From an uncultured virus (IMG/VR IMGVR_UViG_2928819513_000009) (Duplodnaviria > Heunggongvirae > Uroviricota > Caudoviricetes), in IMG/VR virus record IMGVR_UViG_2928819513_000009, positions 1-64,000 of that record: a stretch of 64,000 nucleotides of DNA; one strand, 5' to 3'. The notes under the pieces are model-generated. The model searched no databases, was not told the DNA's origin, and saw only the letters and a program-made list of their open reading frames with translations. A program made the position numbers and the translations under genes. Positions 18,335 to 27,319 of this stretch are shown in pieces. Position 1 is the first letter of the stretch; each line of letters starts with the position of its first letter.

Positions 18335-18625
18335 ACCCTGATCCACCCCGGAAGCCCCAGCACCGACCGGCTGCACGCCACCTACCTCGGCACCCCGCAC
18401 GATCCCGGCCCCATCACCATCCGGCGGCTGCGCCTCGCCCCTCCCAAGATCGGGGCGGAGGAGACCGCGGCGATTTACGCCCGGCAGGATGCGATCGATC
18501 AGGCCCGGGCGCGCGACATCCTATTCCGCTGGGCCGAGGAGGAGGACGCCCGTTCCAAGAAGATCTGGGCGGACCACCTCAGGGACTACCTCAAGGATCA
18601 CCCCATGCCGCCGCGCTCGACCTGA
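18335..18625 (+). pseudogene. Start-less coding remnant
   Basis: Open frame with strong GC3 bias (...DAIDQARARDILFRWAEEED...) and no upstream start codon. Confidence 0.35.
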
Positions 18626-18694
18626 TCCGGAGGCTCGACCACCGCGCTCCCGAACGGCGCCGTCCACGCGAACCGCGGTCAGGCGATTTGAGGA

Positions 18695-18745
18695 TTGACA
18701 ACGGCCCCTCTCGGCGTATATACAAAACGTATTGACGATATGGAG
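18695..18745 (+). promoter_or_regulatory. Sigma70-like promoter/operator of brnTA
   Basis: TTGACA at 18695 followed by CGTATATAC. Confidence 0.55.
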
Positions 18746-18873
18746 GTGTTTCAGCACCCCCATATCGCCATGTCCTCCGCGCGGGAATCCTGCCCGCGTG
18801 ATCTTAGAAGGAAGCGAATCGATGATTGATTTCAACCTGGGCCTGAGGCCGCGAAACCTGTGTGAGGAAGAGA

Positions 18874-19176
18874 ATGGAATTCGAATGGAACGCTGAAAAG
18901 GCCGAAAAGAACCTTAAAAATCACAAGGTTGACTTTGAGAAGGCTATTTGTGTATTCGAGGGGCCAACGGTGGAGCGGGTCGATCCGCGCAACTACGGTG
19001 GCGAAACTCGGTTTGTAACTTTTGGAATTGTGGACGGCCGTCTTCTGGCGGTGGTCTACACTTGGCGCGGCAACACCTGCCGCATCATATCGGCAAGAAA
19101 GGCCAACGAACGTGAGCAACGAGCGTATCATTCGGCGCTCCTTAGTCACGGCTCGGAAACCGACAGCTCCGACTGA
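18874..19176 (+). CDS. brnT: BrnT family toxin
   Basis: MEFEWNAEKAEKNLKNHKVDF...YGGETRF...RIISARKAN. Confidence 0.92.
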   Translation: MEFEWNAEKAEKNLKNHKVDFEKAICVFEGPTVERVDPRNYGGETRFVTFGIVDGRLLAVVYTWRGNTCRIISARKANEREQRAYHSALLSHGSETDSSD

Positions 19177-19438
19177 ATGGTCGGAGTTTGATGCCCAGAC
19201 CGATGCCGACATCGAGGTCGCTGTTCGCAGCGACCTCGATGCCGCTCCCTTGGCCGACGACGCATGGTTTGAAACCGCCCGCGTCGTCGAACCCAACACC
19301 AAGCAGGCGGTGAGCATTCGGCTGGACCGAGACGTGCTGGAGTGGTTCCGCACCCACAGCGACCGTTACCAGACCAAGATGAACAACGTTCTCCGTGCCT
19401 ATATGGAGCACGAAAAGCGCGCCAGAACCGGCGCCTAA
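19112..19438 (+). CDS. brnA: BrnA family antitoxin
   Basis: KQAVSIRLDRDVLEWFR...YQTKMNNVLRAYM. Confidence 0.9.
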   Translation: MSNERIIRRSLVTARKPTAPTEWSEFDAQTDADIEVAVRSDLDAAPLADDAWFETARVVEPNTKQAVSIRLDRDVLEWFRTHSDRYQTKMNNVLRAYMEHEKRARTGA

Positions 19439-19453
19439 CCCTCTCCCCCAACC

Positions 19454-19488
19454 GACAAAGGCGCTCCGCGAACCGGGGCGCCTTTGTC
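19454..19488. terminator. Bidirectional terminator
   Basis: GACAAAGGCGC...GCGCCTTTGTC stem between convergent units. Confidence 0.7.
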
Positions 19489-19885
19489 ATGTTCGCGGCG
19501 ACAGAGTATGGGCGTTATGGAACGCCCCCCCCAGGCTCACGTCGCCGCCGGGCGTCCAACCGCTCGCGCTCTGCCGTCGCTAGGGTGATCCAGTACCGCC
19601 GATGCCGAATCCTGCCACTCGTCGGCGCGCTGCGCCAGAGCCTCGAAGCGGGACGCCACCCCCCTCGGTTACTCCGGCCGCGCGCCCCGCCTCGACCAGC
19701 ACGTCGACGGAGGCGGGCTTGTTAGTCTTTCGCATCATCGTCTTCTTGGATGGTGCGCGGCAGGCAACCTCGCAGGCTCTGGCCCGGCGCCGAGTGATTT
19801 GATACGGTTGTGATGGTGTCAAGAATTGTGGCTGCTGCTCCCAAAAGCCGCACGGGGGTGCGAGGCCCGAAAGCCGTAGGCGGGG

Positions 19886-20776
19886 TCAGGCGACGTCGTC
19901 GATATGCCGAAACCCGAGGAACACCGGCAGTCGTGGTCGATCCTTGGTACCGCAGGGCTGATACTTCACCTTGACCAGCTTCCCGACGAGGCCGTCGCGG
20001 CTCGACCAGAGTTCTGCACGCTGCGCATCGGAGAAGCCGGATCCGACATTGAACGGGAGATCGAAGGACGGGGCGCGACAGACCAGAGCGCCAAGGATGC
20101 CGGCGGCCAACAGGCCCTCACGGCTGATGCTGCGTTCGGTGTAGCCGAGGGCGTTGACGGTGGCGGCGTTGGCGTTCCGGTGCAGCTCCTCCACGCCGAT
20201 TACCTCGGCCTCGAAGTCGACGAACCGCTTCAGCTTCAGCAACCCGGCTTCCGCCAGTGTGGAGCGGCCGAACTTGTAGGCGGCATCGGGGCGGCGGAGC
20301 ATGACGCCCTCGTACCCCGCGCTGAGGCATTCTGCCTCAAACGCTTCCAGGTCGGCCGGGCAGGTCACCAAGCGCTGTTCGACGATCCGGACGAAGGGTG
20401 GGAGATCCCTGCCGCGCAGCTGCTGCAGGCGGTCCGAAAAGCCCTGGGAGGGGTCGGACAGGTCGTCGAAGACATGGAAGGTGAAGGCGGGCTTGCCCTT
20501 CTTGGTCATGATGGCGGAGGTGGAAACGCTGAACGCATCGAAGGCCGTCGGATCGCCGGCCGTGATCTCGCCGTCCAGGTCGCGCAACCCCTCAGCCGCG
20601 AGCATGGCGCGGATGTGCTCGTTCGGGATCGGGCGCAGCGTGTTGGACAGCGCACCTGCGTCGGGGCGGGTCACGCAACGGATCCCATCAATCTTGGGCG
20701 ATGCGAGGAGGGGATAGGGGAGGTCGGTGATCGAGCCGGCGGATTCGGCGCGCATGGGCTTGAACGGCTTGTCCAT
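19886..20776 (-). CDS. ATP-dependent DNA ligase
   Basis: PKIDGIR adenylation motif, LDGE, FDDL, YEGVMLR, LLKLK, OB-fold RLPVFLGFR. Confidence 0.93.
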   Translation of the reverse strand: MDKPFKPMRAESAGSITDLPYPLLASPKIDGIRCVTRPDAGALSNTLRPIPNEHIRAMLAAEGLRDLDGEITAGDPTAFDAFSVSTSAIMTKKGKPAFTFHVFDDLSDPSQGFSDRLQQLRGRDLPPFVRIVEQRLVTCPADLEAFEAECLSAGYEGVMLRRPDAAYKFGRSTLAEAGLLKLKRFVDFEAEVIGVEELHRNANAATVNALGYTERSISREGLLAAGILGALVCRAPSFDLPFNVGSGFSDAQRAELWSSRDGLVGKLVKVKYQPCGTKDRPRLPVFLGFRHIDDVA

Positions 20777-20830
20777 GGTGGTTCTCCATCAGGTATCGAC
20801 GAACCGGCCGGCGCTGCGCCGGTGCGGGGG

Positions 20831-21070
20831 TCAGACGGGGAGGGAGGAGGGGTCGGCGAACTGGGGCTGGCCGTTGAGCAGGTCCGACGCGGCTTGGAGT
20901 TCGTCGCGATCGGCGCAGCAGATGCGAAGAAGTTCGTCGTACCGCTTCAGCGTTGCGACCGAACCGATCCATCGGCCGCCCAGATGGGCTTCGAGCTTGC
21001 GCGCTGAAACCCGGGTGATGCTGTAGTCCTGGAAGTCGAAGCTGGAGCCGACCGCGATGTGAAAGGCCAT
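20831..21070 (-). CDS. Hypothetical protein
   Basis: GAGG RBS, co-oriented with the ligase. Confidence 0.55.
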   Translation of the reverse strand: MAFHIAVGSSFDFQDYSITRVSARKLEAHLGGRWIGSVATLKRYDELLRICCADRDELQAASDLLNGQPQFADPSSLPV

Positions 21071-21186
21071 GGTTCGCCTCAGAGAAAGGCCGCCGGACCC
21101 GTGAGCCCGGCGGCAAGTCGATCCGGAATGCATCGCGCGGGGAGCGCGGTGCGGGCGGTGCGGTAGGAGCCGCGTTTTTCCTCGTT

Positions 21187-21765
21187 TCAGGCGTAGCTGG
21201 ACTCGTGATGGCCGCGGTAAATCCGCATGGAGCCGACCTCCGTGAAATCGGTCCGGGTCGCCCATTGGCAGTCGGAAATCTTGATGCCGTTGGCCTGGGC
21301 CTTCCGGCGGATGGGTTCGCCGACATACTCGCCGGGCTGCGGGGCGGTCAGTTCCTGGCACCACCCGGTGCTCTTGCGGACCTTTGCGACCTGACGCAAC
21401 ACCACCATGGCGCCGCGGACCTCGACAACTTCGAAATACTCGACGTTCGTCTGCTCGTAGCCCCAGCACGTGTTGAGGATGTCACCAACCTTGTAGTCGT
21501 TCTGGTACTGGCGCCGCTCGTCGCGCCGCTTCTGCGCAGCGGCAAGCGTCTTCCGTCGGGATTCGAAGTACATGACAACGCACTTTTCCCGGCGGGCGGC
21601 GCTGCTGAAGGAGAAATGGTAATCGGGTTTCCCGGCCTTGCCATGGTAGCCGATGGCCATCAGGCGCCCATTGCGCTCGTAGATGTAGGCCACGGCGTCG
21701 GACTGCTTGTCGGTCACCTTGACGGCGCCGGGCGGGGTGTAGCGGGGGAGATTGCGGGAAGCCAT
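21187..21765 (-). CDS. Conserved-looking mobile-element hypothetical protein
   Basis: KVGDILNTCWGYEQTNVEYFEVV motif; GAGG RBS. Confidence 0.7.
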   Translation of the reverse strand: MASRNLPRYTPPGAVKVTDKQSDAVAYIYERNGRLMAIGYHGKAGKPDYHFSFSSAARREKCVVMYFESRRKTLAAAQKRRDERRQYQNDYKVGDILNTCWGYEQTNVEYFEVVEVRGAMVVLRQVAKVRKSTGWCQELTAPQPGEYVGEPIRRKAQANGIKISDCQWATRTDFTEVGSMRIYRGHHESSYA

Positions 21766-21870
21766 GATCTGCCTCTTCGGGTGCGCCATGAAGGGCGTAG
21801 GGGAATTTGGGAGGGACGGTGCAGCCATCGCGTATGCGGGCTGGGATCGGGTCCCGATGGCTCACATATA

Positions 21871-22182
21871 GCGAACAAAGTTCGCTCCGTCAACGGGAAA
21901 GCTCGGCTTGTGCGAAAAAAGTTCGCGCGGTATATTCTGTTGATGGACAGGCAGCAATTCGAGGCGTGGCGCCAGGAAATGGGCCACACCTCAACGACCC
22001 AAACCGCTGAAACCTTAGGGGTTACGAAGCGTCTCGTTGAAATGTATCGGGCCGGCGGGAAGCCGGTTAGCCGAACGGTTGAGCTTTTGTGCGAAGCGCT
22101 GCGCCGGCTGAACAGGATTGATGCGGCAGTGCGAGGCGAAAAAAGTTCGCAGCAATAGCTTGCGGAAGCGAAAATAGTTCGC
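21871..22182. promoter_or_regulatory. Four palindromic operators GCGAA-N5-TTCGC
   Basis: Copies at 21871, 21912, 22136 and 22168, flanking a small HTH gene. Confidence 0.8.
21943..22158 (+). CDS. Small HTH repressor
   Basis: MDRQQFEAWRQEMGHTSTTQTAETLGVTKRLVEMYRAG; TTGTGC-17-TATATT promoter immediately upstream. Confidence 0.75.
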   Translation: MDRQQFEAWRQEMGHTSTTQTAETLGVTKRLVEMYRAGGKPVSRTVELLCEALRRLNRIDAAVRGEKSSQQ

Positions 22183-22247
22183 TACGATCGTTCCCAGATG
22201 AAACACGCGTTCGCTTTGGCTGAGCGCGCCTCACTGGAGATACCGCG

Positions 22248-23570
22248 ATGTCGCAGATGCCCGCCGCCGCCTTCGGAACCACTGCCTTCCAGTGCGGTGC
22301 GCACCGGGCGGAAGTCACCATCGAGAGCGATCGCCGCACCTATCGCGTCGGTCGCCTGCGGATCGTCCAGTACGCCGCGCACAAGCCCGACGGCGGGCTG
22401 CCGTTGTTCAGCGAAGAGGCTGACACAGCCCGCGACCGCATCCTAGCCAAGGCCGGAAAGCGTCGTCACAAGCCGTCGAAGGCCGGTGGGGCTGGCCGGG
22501 TTGATCGCATGGATCAGCAGCGCATGGCGATCGAGTATGCCCGCTGGCTGGCTGTCCGCGACGGGATCGACCTGCCGTTATCCTGCAAAGGGGTGGTGTC
22601 CTACGAATCGGTTCAGGTGCCTGGCGCAACGCGTGCGGAGTGCCGTCCCTTCCAGGTCACTTTCTGGTCAGATGTGAAGTACACCCGCTATGGGCAGAGG
22701 GAGGAGGCCGCCGGTGAGGTGCTGGCGCGGATCGAGATCCCGCACTGGGATCACGTCCCGACGGTGGAGGAGGTGAGCATCGAGCCAGAGCAGGCGCAGC
22801 CGAGCGACGTTTCGCACGCGGCCGGCGCTGAAGTCGTGGCCGCTGAGCAGAACGACACCCCCGCTCCCATCGCGGCGGACGCGCCTTGCGCGGTGTATGT
22901 GGTCGCGGTTGAGGCAACACCGGCCGGGATGGCGGCCCACGCTACGGTGCACGTGGTCACCCATCTCGCGCCCCTGGGGGAGGCTGGCACCTTTACGTGC
23001 GCCAGTTCCATCCTTGGCGACACCCCTCGGTATCGAGGGGGAGGGGCGGCCGACAAGGCTCATGCCCATGGTGTCAGAGCCGCAGTAGCGCACGCGACCA
23101 AGGCCCATGGAGTGGGCAGGGTTTACGCCGTGGACTCGTTCGATGCGCTGCGAAGCGTGCTCGCCAGATGGGCTGAGGAGGCGGCGGCGCGGTCGGAGAC
23201 AGGGAAGACGGAAGCCCCGGCCAACGATGGCAGTGCGGCACCCCAGCGCCTGGAAAATGTTACCCATGAGGTAACGAAACTCTTGCGCCCCGTCTCGCGT
23301 AATGTTACCTATAAGGTAACAGACGGGGGCAAGAATGCCGATCACGGCCATCAAGCACAAGGGGTTACGAGAGCTGTTCGAGAAAGGGCGTTCCGGCAAG
23401 GTCGCGAAGAACCTGCAGGCCAACGCCATTCTCATCATGGACCATCTGGACGCAATCGCGTCGCTGGAAGACTGCGAGGGGGTCAAGGATTTTCACCCCC
23501 TCAAAGGCGACCGCCTAGGCGAGTACAGCATGCACGTGTCCGGAAACTGGTGCATCACGTTCACTTTTGA
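22248..23570 (+). CDS. Hypothetical protein, probably truncated by higBA insertion (3' end uncertain)
   Basis: GGAG RBS; frame runs through the higBA operators and out of frame across higB. Confidence 0.5.
   Translation: MSQMPAAAFGTTAFQCGAHRAEVTIESDRRTYRVGRLRIVQYAAHKPDGGLPLFSEEADTARDRILAKAGKRRHKPSKAGGAGRVDRMDQQRMAIEYARWLAVRDGIDLPLSCKGVVSYESVQVPGATRAECRPFQVTFWSDVKYTRYGQREEAAGEVLARIEIPHWDHVPTVEEVSIEPEQAQPSDVSHAAGAEVVAAEQNDTPAPIAADAPCAVYVVAVEATPAGMAAHATVHVVTHLAPLGEAGTFTCASSILGDTPRYRGGGAADKAHAHGVRAAVAHATKAHGVGRVYAVDSFDALRSVLARWAEEAAARSETGKTEAPANDGSAAPQRLENVTHEVTKLLRPVSRNVTYKVTDGGKNADHGHQAQGVTRAVRERAFRQGREEPAGQRHSHHGPSGRNRVAGRLRGGQGFSPPQRRPPRRVQHARVRKLVHHVHF
23259..23320. promoter_or_regulatory. 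Two GTTACC-N5-GGTAAC operators (likely HigA sites)
   Basis: 23259-23275 and 23304-23320, directly upstream of higB. Confidence 0.75.
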
Positions 23571-23613
23571 CGGAACGGATGTTACGATTCTGGACTTGGA
23601 GGACTATCACTGA
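23335..23613 (+). CDS. higB: HigB/RelE-family toxin
   Basis: IKHKGLRELFEKG...HPLKGDRLGEYSMHVSGNWCITFTF...LEDYH. Confidence 0.92.
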   Translation: MPITAIKHKGLRELFEKGRSGKVAKNLQANAILIMDHLDAIASLEDCEGVKDFHPLKGDRLGEYSMHVSGNWCITFTFDGTDVTILDLEDYH

Positions 23614-23942
23614 TGACCGAGCTTCGTCGTAACCGCCGCCCCTCCGTCCCCGGTGCGATCCTGAAGGCGCACTTCATGGAGCCGCGCGGTATCAGCGTGA
23701 CGGCCTTGGCTGAGGCTCTGGGCCTCAGCCGTAAGCACGTCAGCCAGATCATCAACGGGCACAAGCGCGTGGAGCCGACCACGGCGGCCCGGCTGTCCAA
23801 GGTGCTCGGCACCACTCCGCGCTTCTGGCTGAACCTGCAGGCCGCCGTAGACGAATGGGATGCGTCGGAGGAGCTTGCCGACTGGACGCCGGTCGCGACC
23901 TTCGCGGCTCCGGCCGCGCCCGACCACATGGGGGCCGATTGA
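23613..23942 (+). CDS. higA: HigA-family antitoxin
   Basis: PGAILKAHFMEPRGISVTALAEALG...GTTPRFWLNLQ. Confidence 0.92.
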   Translation: MTELRRNRRPSVPGAILKAHFMEPRGISVTALAEALGLSRKHVSQIINGHKRVEPTTAARLSKVLGTTPRFWLNLQAAVDEWDASEELADWTPVATFAAPAAPDHMGAD

Positions 23943-24093
23943 ACCGCATGCCGACGGTGGTCGGCAACGGCTCCGACGTGTTGCGCGCCTGGCTCCAGGC
24001 GACCCGCAACGTTGGCCGCGCCGCTCCGCCGCCTTATGGCGCCGCCACCCCTCAGCGTCCCTGATCTAGCCCGTCCCGACCGCCTCGACGTAC

Positions 24094-24126
24094 CAAAGCC
24101 CGGCCGCTGAAAAGCGCCGGGCTTTG
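24094..24126. terminator. Intrinsic terminator
   Basis: CAAAGCCCGG...CCGGGCTTTG stem. Confidence 0.65.
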
Positions 24127-24361
24127 TCATGCCCGCCCGCCGGCATCCGCCGCGCGGGCTTTCTGCATTGGAGCTGCCGCTCATGATCCCGCCAGCGACC
24201 CCGTCAGCCCTACGGCAGGCGGTTTGGAGCAGCTCTCCGCGATCGGGCGCTCCAATGGGCGCTGGATGGCCTCTGTCTGCTGTGCCGCACAGGTGGCGCG
24301 GGCTTGGCCGGACCGCATCAGGCGCGCGCCCTGGCGCCACCTGCGGCCCGGCCAGCCCTCC

Positions 24362-24400
24362 GGGTCCTTCCAGGGCCAAATGCCCGCGGGGTGGTTACCT
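24362..24400 (+). other. Putative cosQ (GGGTCCT) and cosN (GGGTGGTTACCT) packaging site
   Basis: Exact lambda cosQ heptamer at 24362; 12-mer 9/12 identical to lambda GGGCGGCGACCT at 24389; ~180 bp upstream of terS. Confidence 0.65.
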
Positions 24401-24580
24401 AGCCATATTCGAACGTTTTTCGGCCTCGCGGTCAATGCAACCACCGAGTTGCGCAACCGAAAGCCACGTTAAGAACGTGCTGTAACGCTTTGTAACTAAA
24501 TTATAAACCGCTGTTCACCGAAATCCATCATGGTTGCGCGCTTCCGTCGAATCGGTTGCGCGCCGAGCAGGAGTTGCGCC

Positions 24581-25309
24581 ATGGCCAGACGTCGCCTTTT
24601 GACGAAAACCGAGTACGCGAAGCATTGCGGAGTGGACAAGGCCCAGCCCGGCCGCTGGGTCAAGCGGGGCATGCCGACTGCCGGTCCAAACGGGGACCTG
24701 ATCGACCCTGAGGTCGCTGATACATGGCGAGCCGCGAACATCGACGCCAGCAAGCCGAAGGCTAAGGCGCACCAGATCGATCGGCTATCGTCCCCGCCAC
24801 CAGATGTGAAGGCGGCGGCTGTGGCGCCGAGGCCCGCCAAGCCGGCCAGGGCGCCAGATCCCGCGGCTCTTGATGAGGCGGATTCACAGCCTGACGGTCT
24901 TTCGCTCGAAGGGGCTGTTATCCAGTTCGCCGACGGCACGAAGATAGACATCAAGAGCCTTCCGAACCTGAATGCGCTGAACCAGATCGACAAGTGGTAT
25001 TCGGGCGAGCTGAAGCGGCGGGAAATCCTTGTTCACGATCGAGATCACCTGCCGAAGGCCGACCTCTATGCCGCGACGGATGCGCTGATCTCCATGTTCC
25101 GGGCTCGTGTGATGGGGCTCGGCCGGCGATGTGCACCGATGTTGGAGGGGCGCTCGTTGGCGGAGCGCGCCGAGGTCATTCAGGATGAGTGCCGGAAGGT
25201 GCTGGAGGACTTGGCGAAGAAGCTGGCTGACTCCGCTACGGGCGATGTGTCCGTTAACGAGGAGGCGGAGACCGAAGACGAGGGCTCGACCGAGAAAGAA
25301 TCGGATTAG
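24581..25309 (+). CDS. Terminase small subunit (Nu1-like)
   Basis: N-terminal HTH LTKTEYAKHCGVDKAQPGRWVKRGMP, helical C-terminus, AGGAG RBS, adjacent cos. Confidence 0.7.
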   Translation: MARRRLLTKTEYAKHCGVDKAQPGRWVKRGMPTAGPNGDLIDPEVADTWRAANIDASKPKAKAHQIDRLSSPPPDVKAAAVAPRPAKPARAPDPAALDEADSQPDGLSLEGAVIQFADGTKIDIKSLPNLNALNQIDKWYSGELKRREILVHDRDHLPKADLYAATDALISMFRARVMGLGRRCAPMLEGRSLAERAEVIQDECRKVLEDLAKKLADSATGDVSVNEEAETEDEGSTEKESD

Positions 25310-25500
25310 CTCTTACCCTTGCCGCCGTGTTCGCCCGAGCTGTTGCCTGTGGAGTTGTCCCTGCCAGCCACTAGGCGGCGAACGGCTTCCCGGATCGCTT
25401 CCGATCGGGACCAAATTCGCTGTTCAGCACGCCAATCATCCAAGGCAGCCAGCTCGGACTCTGACATGACGAGTTGGATTCGCACGTCCTTCTTCTCCAT
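25306..25500 (-). CDS. Ribbon-helix-helix regulator
   Basis: RIQLVMSESELAALDDWR...SRSEAIREAV. Confidence 0.8.
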   Translation of the reverse strand: MEKKDVRIQLVMSESELAALDDWRAEQRIWSRSEAIREAVRRLVAGRDNSTGNSSGEHGGKGKS

Positions 25501-25637
25501 ACGGACAGCCTTACTCAAGGGTCTGAAGGAACGCAACAGCGTCCGCTCCCACAACTTGAGTGCATTAAGCGAAGATGTCAACTTGCGTAAGTTACACAAC
25601 TCGCTTAGGGTTGAGCCTCGGTACTGAGGGAATCGCC

Positions 25638-26558
25638 ATGGCCGAAAATTCCGCCATAGAATGGACCCACGCAACTTTCAATCCCTGGCTGGGCTGCACG
25701 AAGCTGTCGGCGGCCTGCGACAACTGCTACGCCGAACCGCTGGTGGTCTGCCGGCTGGGTGGGGCTTGGGGATCGGGCGCGCCGCGCCGCCGGACTGCCG
25801 CCAGCACCTGGAAGGCGCCGCTCTCCTGGGACCGCAAGGCCGCCAAGGAAGGCCGCCGGATGCGGGTGTTCTGCGCCAGCCTCGCCGATGTGTTCGACGC
25901 CGAGGTGCCGGACGCGTGGCGCGACGATCTGTTCGGCCTGATCTGCTCCACCCCGCATCTGGACTGGCTGCTGCTGACCAAGCGCCCGGCCGTGGCCCGG
26001 AAGTATCTCGGCGATCAAGACCGCATTGGCGCGGCATGGTGCGACGCAACCCACAAGGTGCTGGGCGGTGCCGATCCCGGTCCTGCGCCTCAGTGGCCGC
26101 TGCCCAACGTCTGGCTCGGTACCACCGTTGAAGACCAGAAGATGGCCGACCTGCGCATCCCGCTGCTGCTGGAGACGCCAGCCGCCGTGCGGTTCCTGTC
26201 GATGGAGCCGTTGCTCGGGCCGGTCAGCATCCCCGGCCTGTACCCGGTCGGCGAAGATGGGATCGTCACGACGCCCGCCCTGGATTGGGTCATTGCCGGC
26301 GGCGAAAGCGGCCCCGGCGCACGGCCCACGCACCCGGACTGGTTTCGGTCGGTTCGCGATCAGTGCGCGGAAGCGGGCGTGCCGTTCCTGTTTAAGCAGC
26401 ACGGGGACTGGGTTTCGTCGGCAGAGATCGGCTTTGCCGGACACGAGCATAGACCCGCCATAACGATGGCTCCCTACGAGATGATGCGCGTCGGCAAGAA
26501 GGCCGCCGGCCGCCACCTCGACGGCGTGCTGCACGACAGCTATCCGGTGGTGGGTTGA
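25638..26558 (+). CDS. DUF5131 (phage Gp37/Gp68 family) protein
   Basis: SAIEWTHATFNPWLGCTKLSAACDNCYA, LLTKRP, RFLSMEPLL, WVIAGGESG, FKQ. Confidence 0.93.
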   Translation: MAENSAIEWTHATFNPWLGCTKLSAACDNCYAEPLVVCRLGGAWGSGAPRRRTAASTWKAPLSWDRKAAKEGRRMRVFCASLADVFDAEVPDAWRDDLFGLICSTPHLDWLLLTKRPAVARKYLGDQDRIGAAWCDATHKVLGGADPGPAPQWPLPNVWLGTTVEDQKMADLRIPLLLETPAAVRFLSMEPLLGPVSIPGLYPVGEDGIVTTPALDWVIAGGESGPGARPTHPDWFRSVRDQCAEAGVPFLFKQHGDWVSSAEIGFAGHEHRPAITMAPYEMMRVGKKAAGRHLDGVLHDSYPVVG

Positions 26559-26561
26559 GCT

Positions 26562-27041
26562 ATGGACGAGAAGAAGCGCAGGCTCGCGCTCCAAGCCAAC
26601 AAACTGTGCAAGGAGGGGCTGAAGGGGAAAGCCATCGGCGAGAAGCTGAAGGTCACCACCGACGAGGCGAACACGCTGGCGCGCATCGGCAGGGATCTTG
26701 CCGATATCGATGAGGCGGCGCTGACTGCGTCGGAGGTGCTGCTGATCCGCAGCATCGCGACGGTGACCCTCCGCCTGCGTGCTCAGGATGTCATCCGCAC
26801 CCCGAAGAGTTGGGAGGTTGCTGCTGTCGCCCACAAGAGTGAGTCCTGGGTCGGGGCGACGAGCAGGAAGCGACTTCGCCTGCCCTGCCATCATCTCGTC
26901 AATCAGCCTGGCCAGCCGCTCGGATTGGTGAACTTCACCACCAATGGCTTTGTCGGGCTGACGCCGCTCGGCTGGGCTTTCGTTCAGGCTATTGAAGCGG
27001 CTGAAGCTGCGAATGAGCAGCTGAAGGTGTCGCATGACTGA
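26562..27041 (+). CDS. Hypothetical protein
   Basis: Operonic ORF. Confidence 0.6.
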   Translation: MDEKKRRLALQANKLCKEGLKGKAIGEKLKVTTDEANTLARIGRDLADIDEAALTASEVLLIRSIATVTLRLRAQDVIRTPKSWEVAAVAHKSESWVGATSRKRLRLPCHHLVNQPGQPLGLVNFTTNGFVGLTPLGWAFVQAIEAAEAANEQLKVSHD

Positions 27042-27282
27042 CATCAACGCCGATGTCATCGGTCGGGACGATCTCACCGACGCGATTTTCCACATCACCA
27101 CCCCTGCCGGCCTGCTGCTGGTCAATGGGTGCGTCTACCGCGATTTCGGTCTCCACCCGCACCGCTGCGCCATCGTTCTCACGCATCTCCCCACCGGCGA
27201 AGCGCTGGGGACCTTTGGGGACATCGCTGACGCCTATGTCGCCATGGGCGATGCCAGCCGCTGCGGATGGGGACGAGCGTGA
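27034..27282 (+). CDS. Hypothetical protein
   Basis: Overlapping operonic ORF. Confidence 0.5.
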   Translation: MTDINADVIGRDDLTDAIFHITTPAGLLLVNGCVYRDFGLHPHRCAIVLTHLPTGEALGTFGDIADAYVAMGDASRCGWGRA

Positions 27283-27319
27283 CCCCTGACAACTCGACAA
27301 TCAAGGAAAGGACGACATC

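Noticed and set aside
19536..19742. Possible phase-variable gene at a C6/G6 tract near 19660
   Set aside because: Tract is short and neither frame resembles a known protein
21871..22200. LexA (SOS) boxes
   Set aside because: Motif is an inverted GCGAA-N5-TTCGC, not the alphaproteobacterial GTTC-N7-GTTC direct repeat
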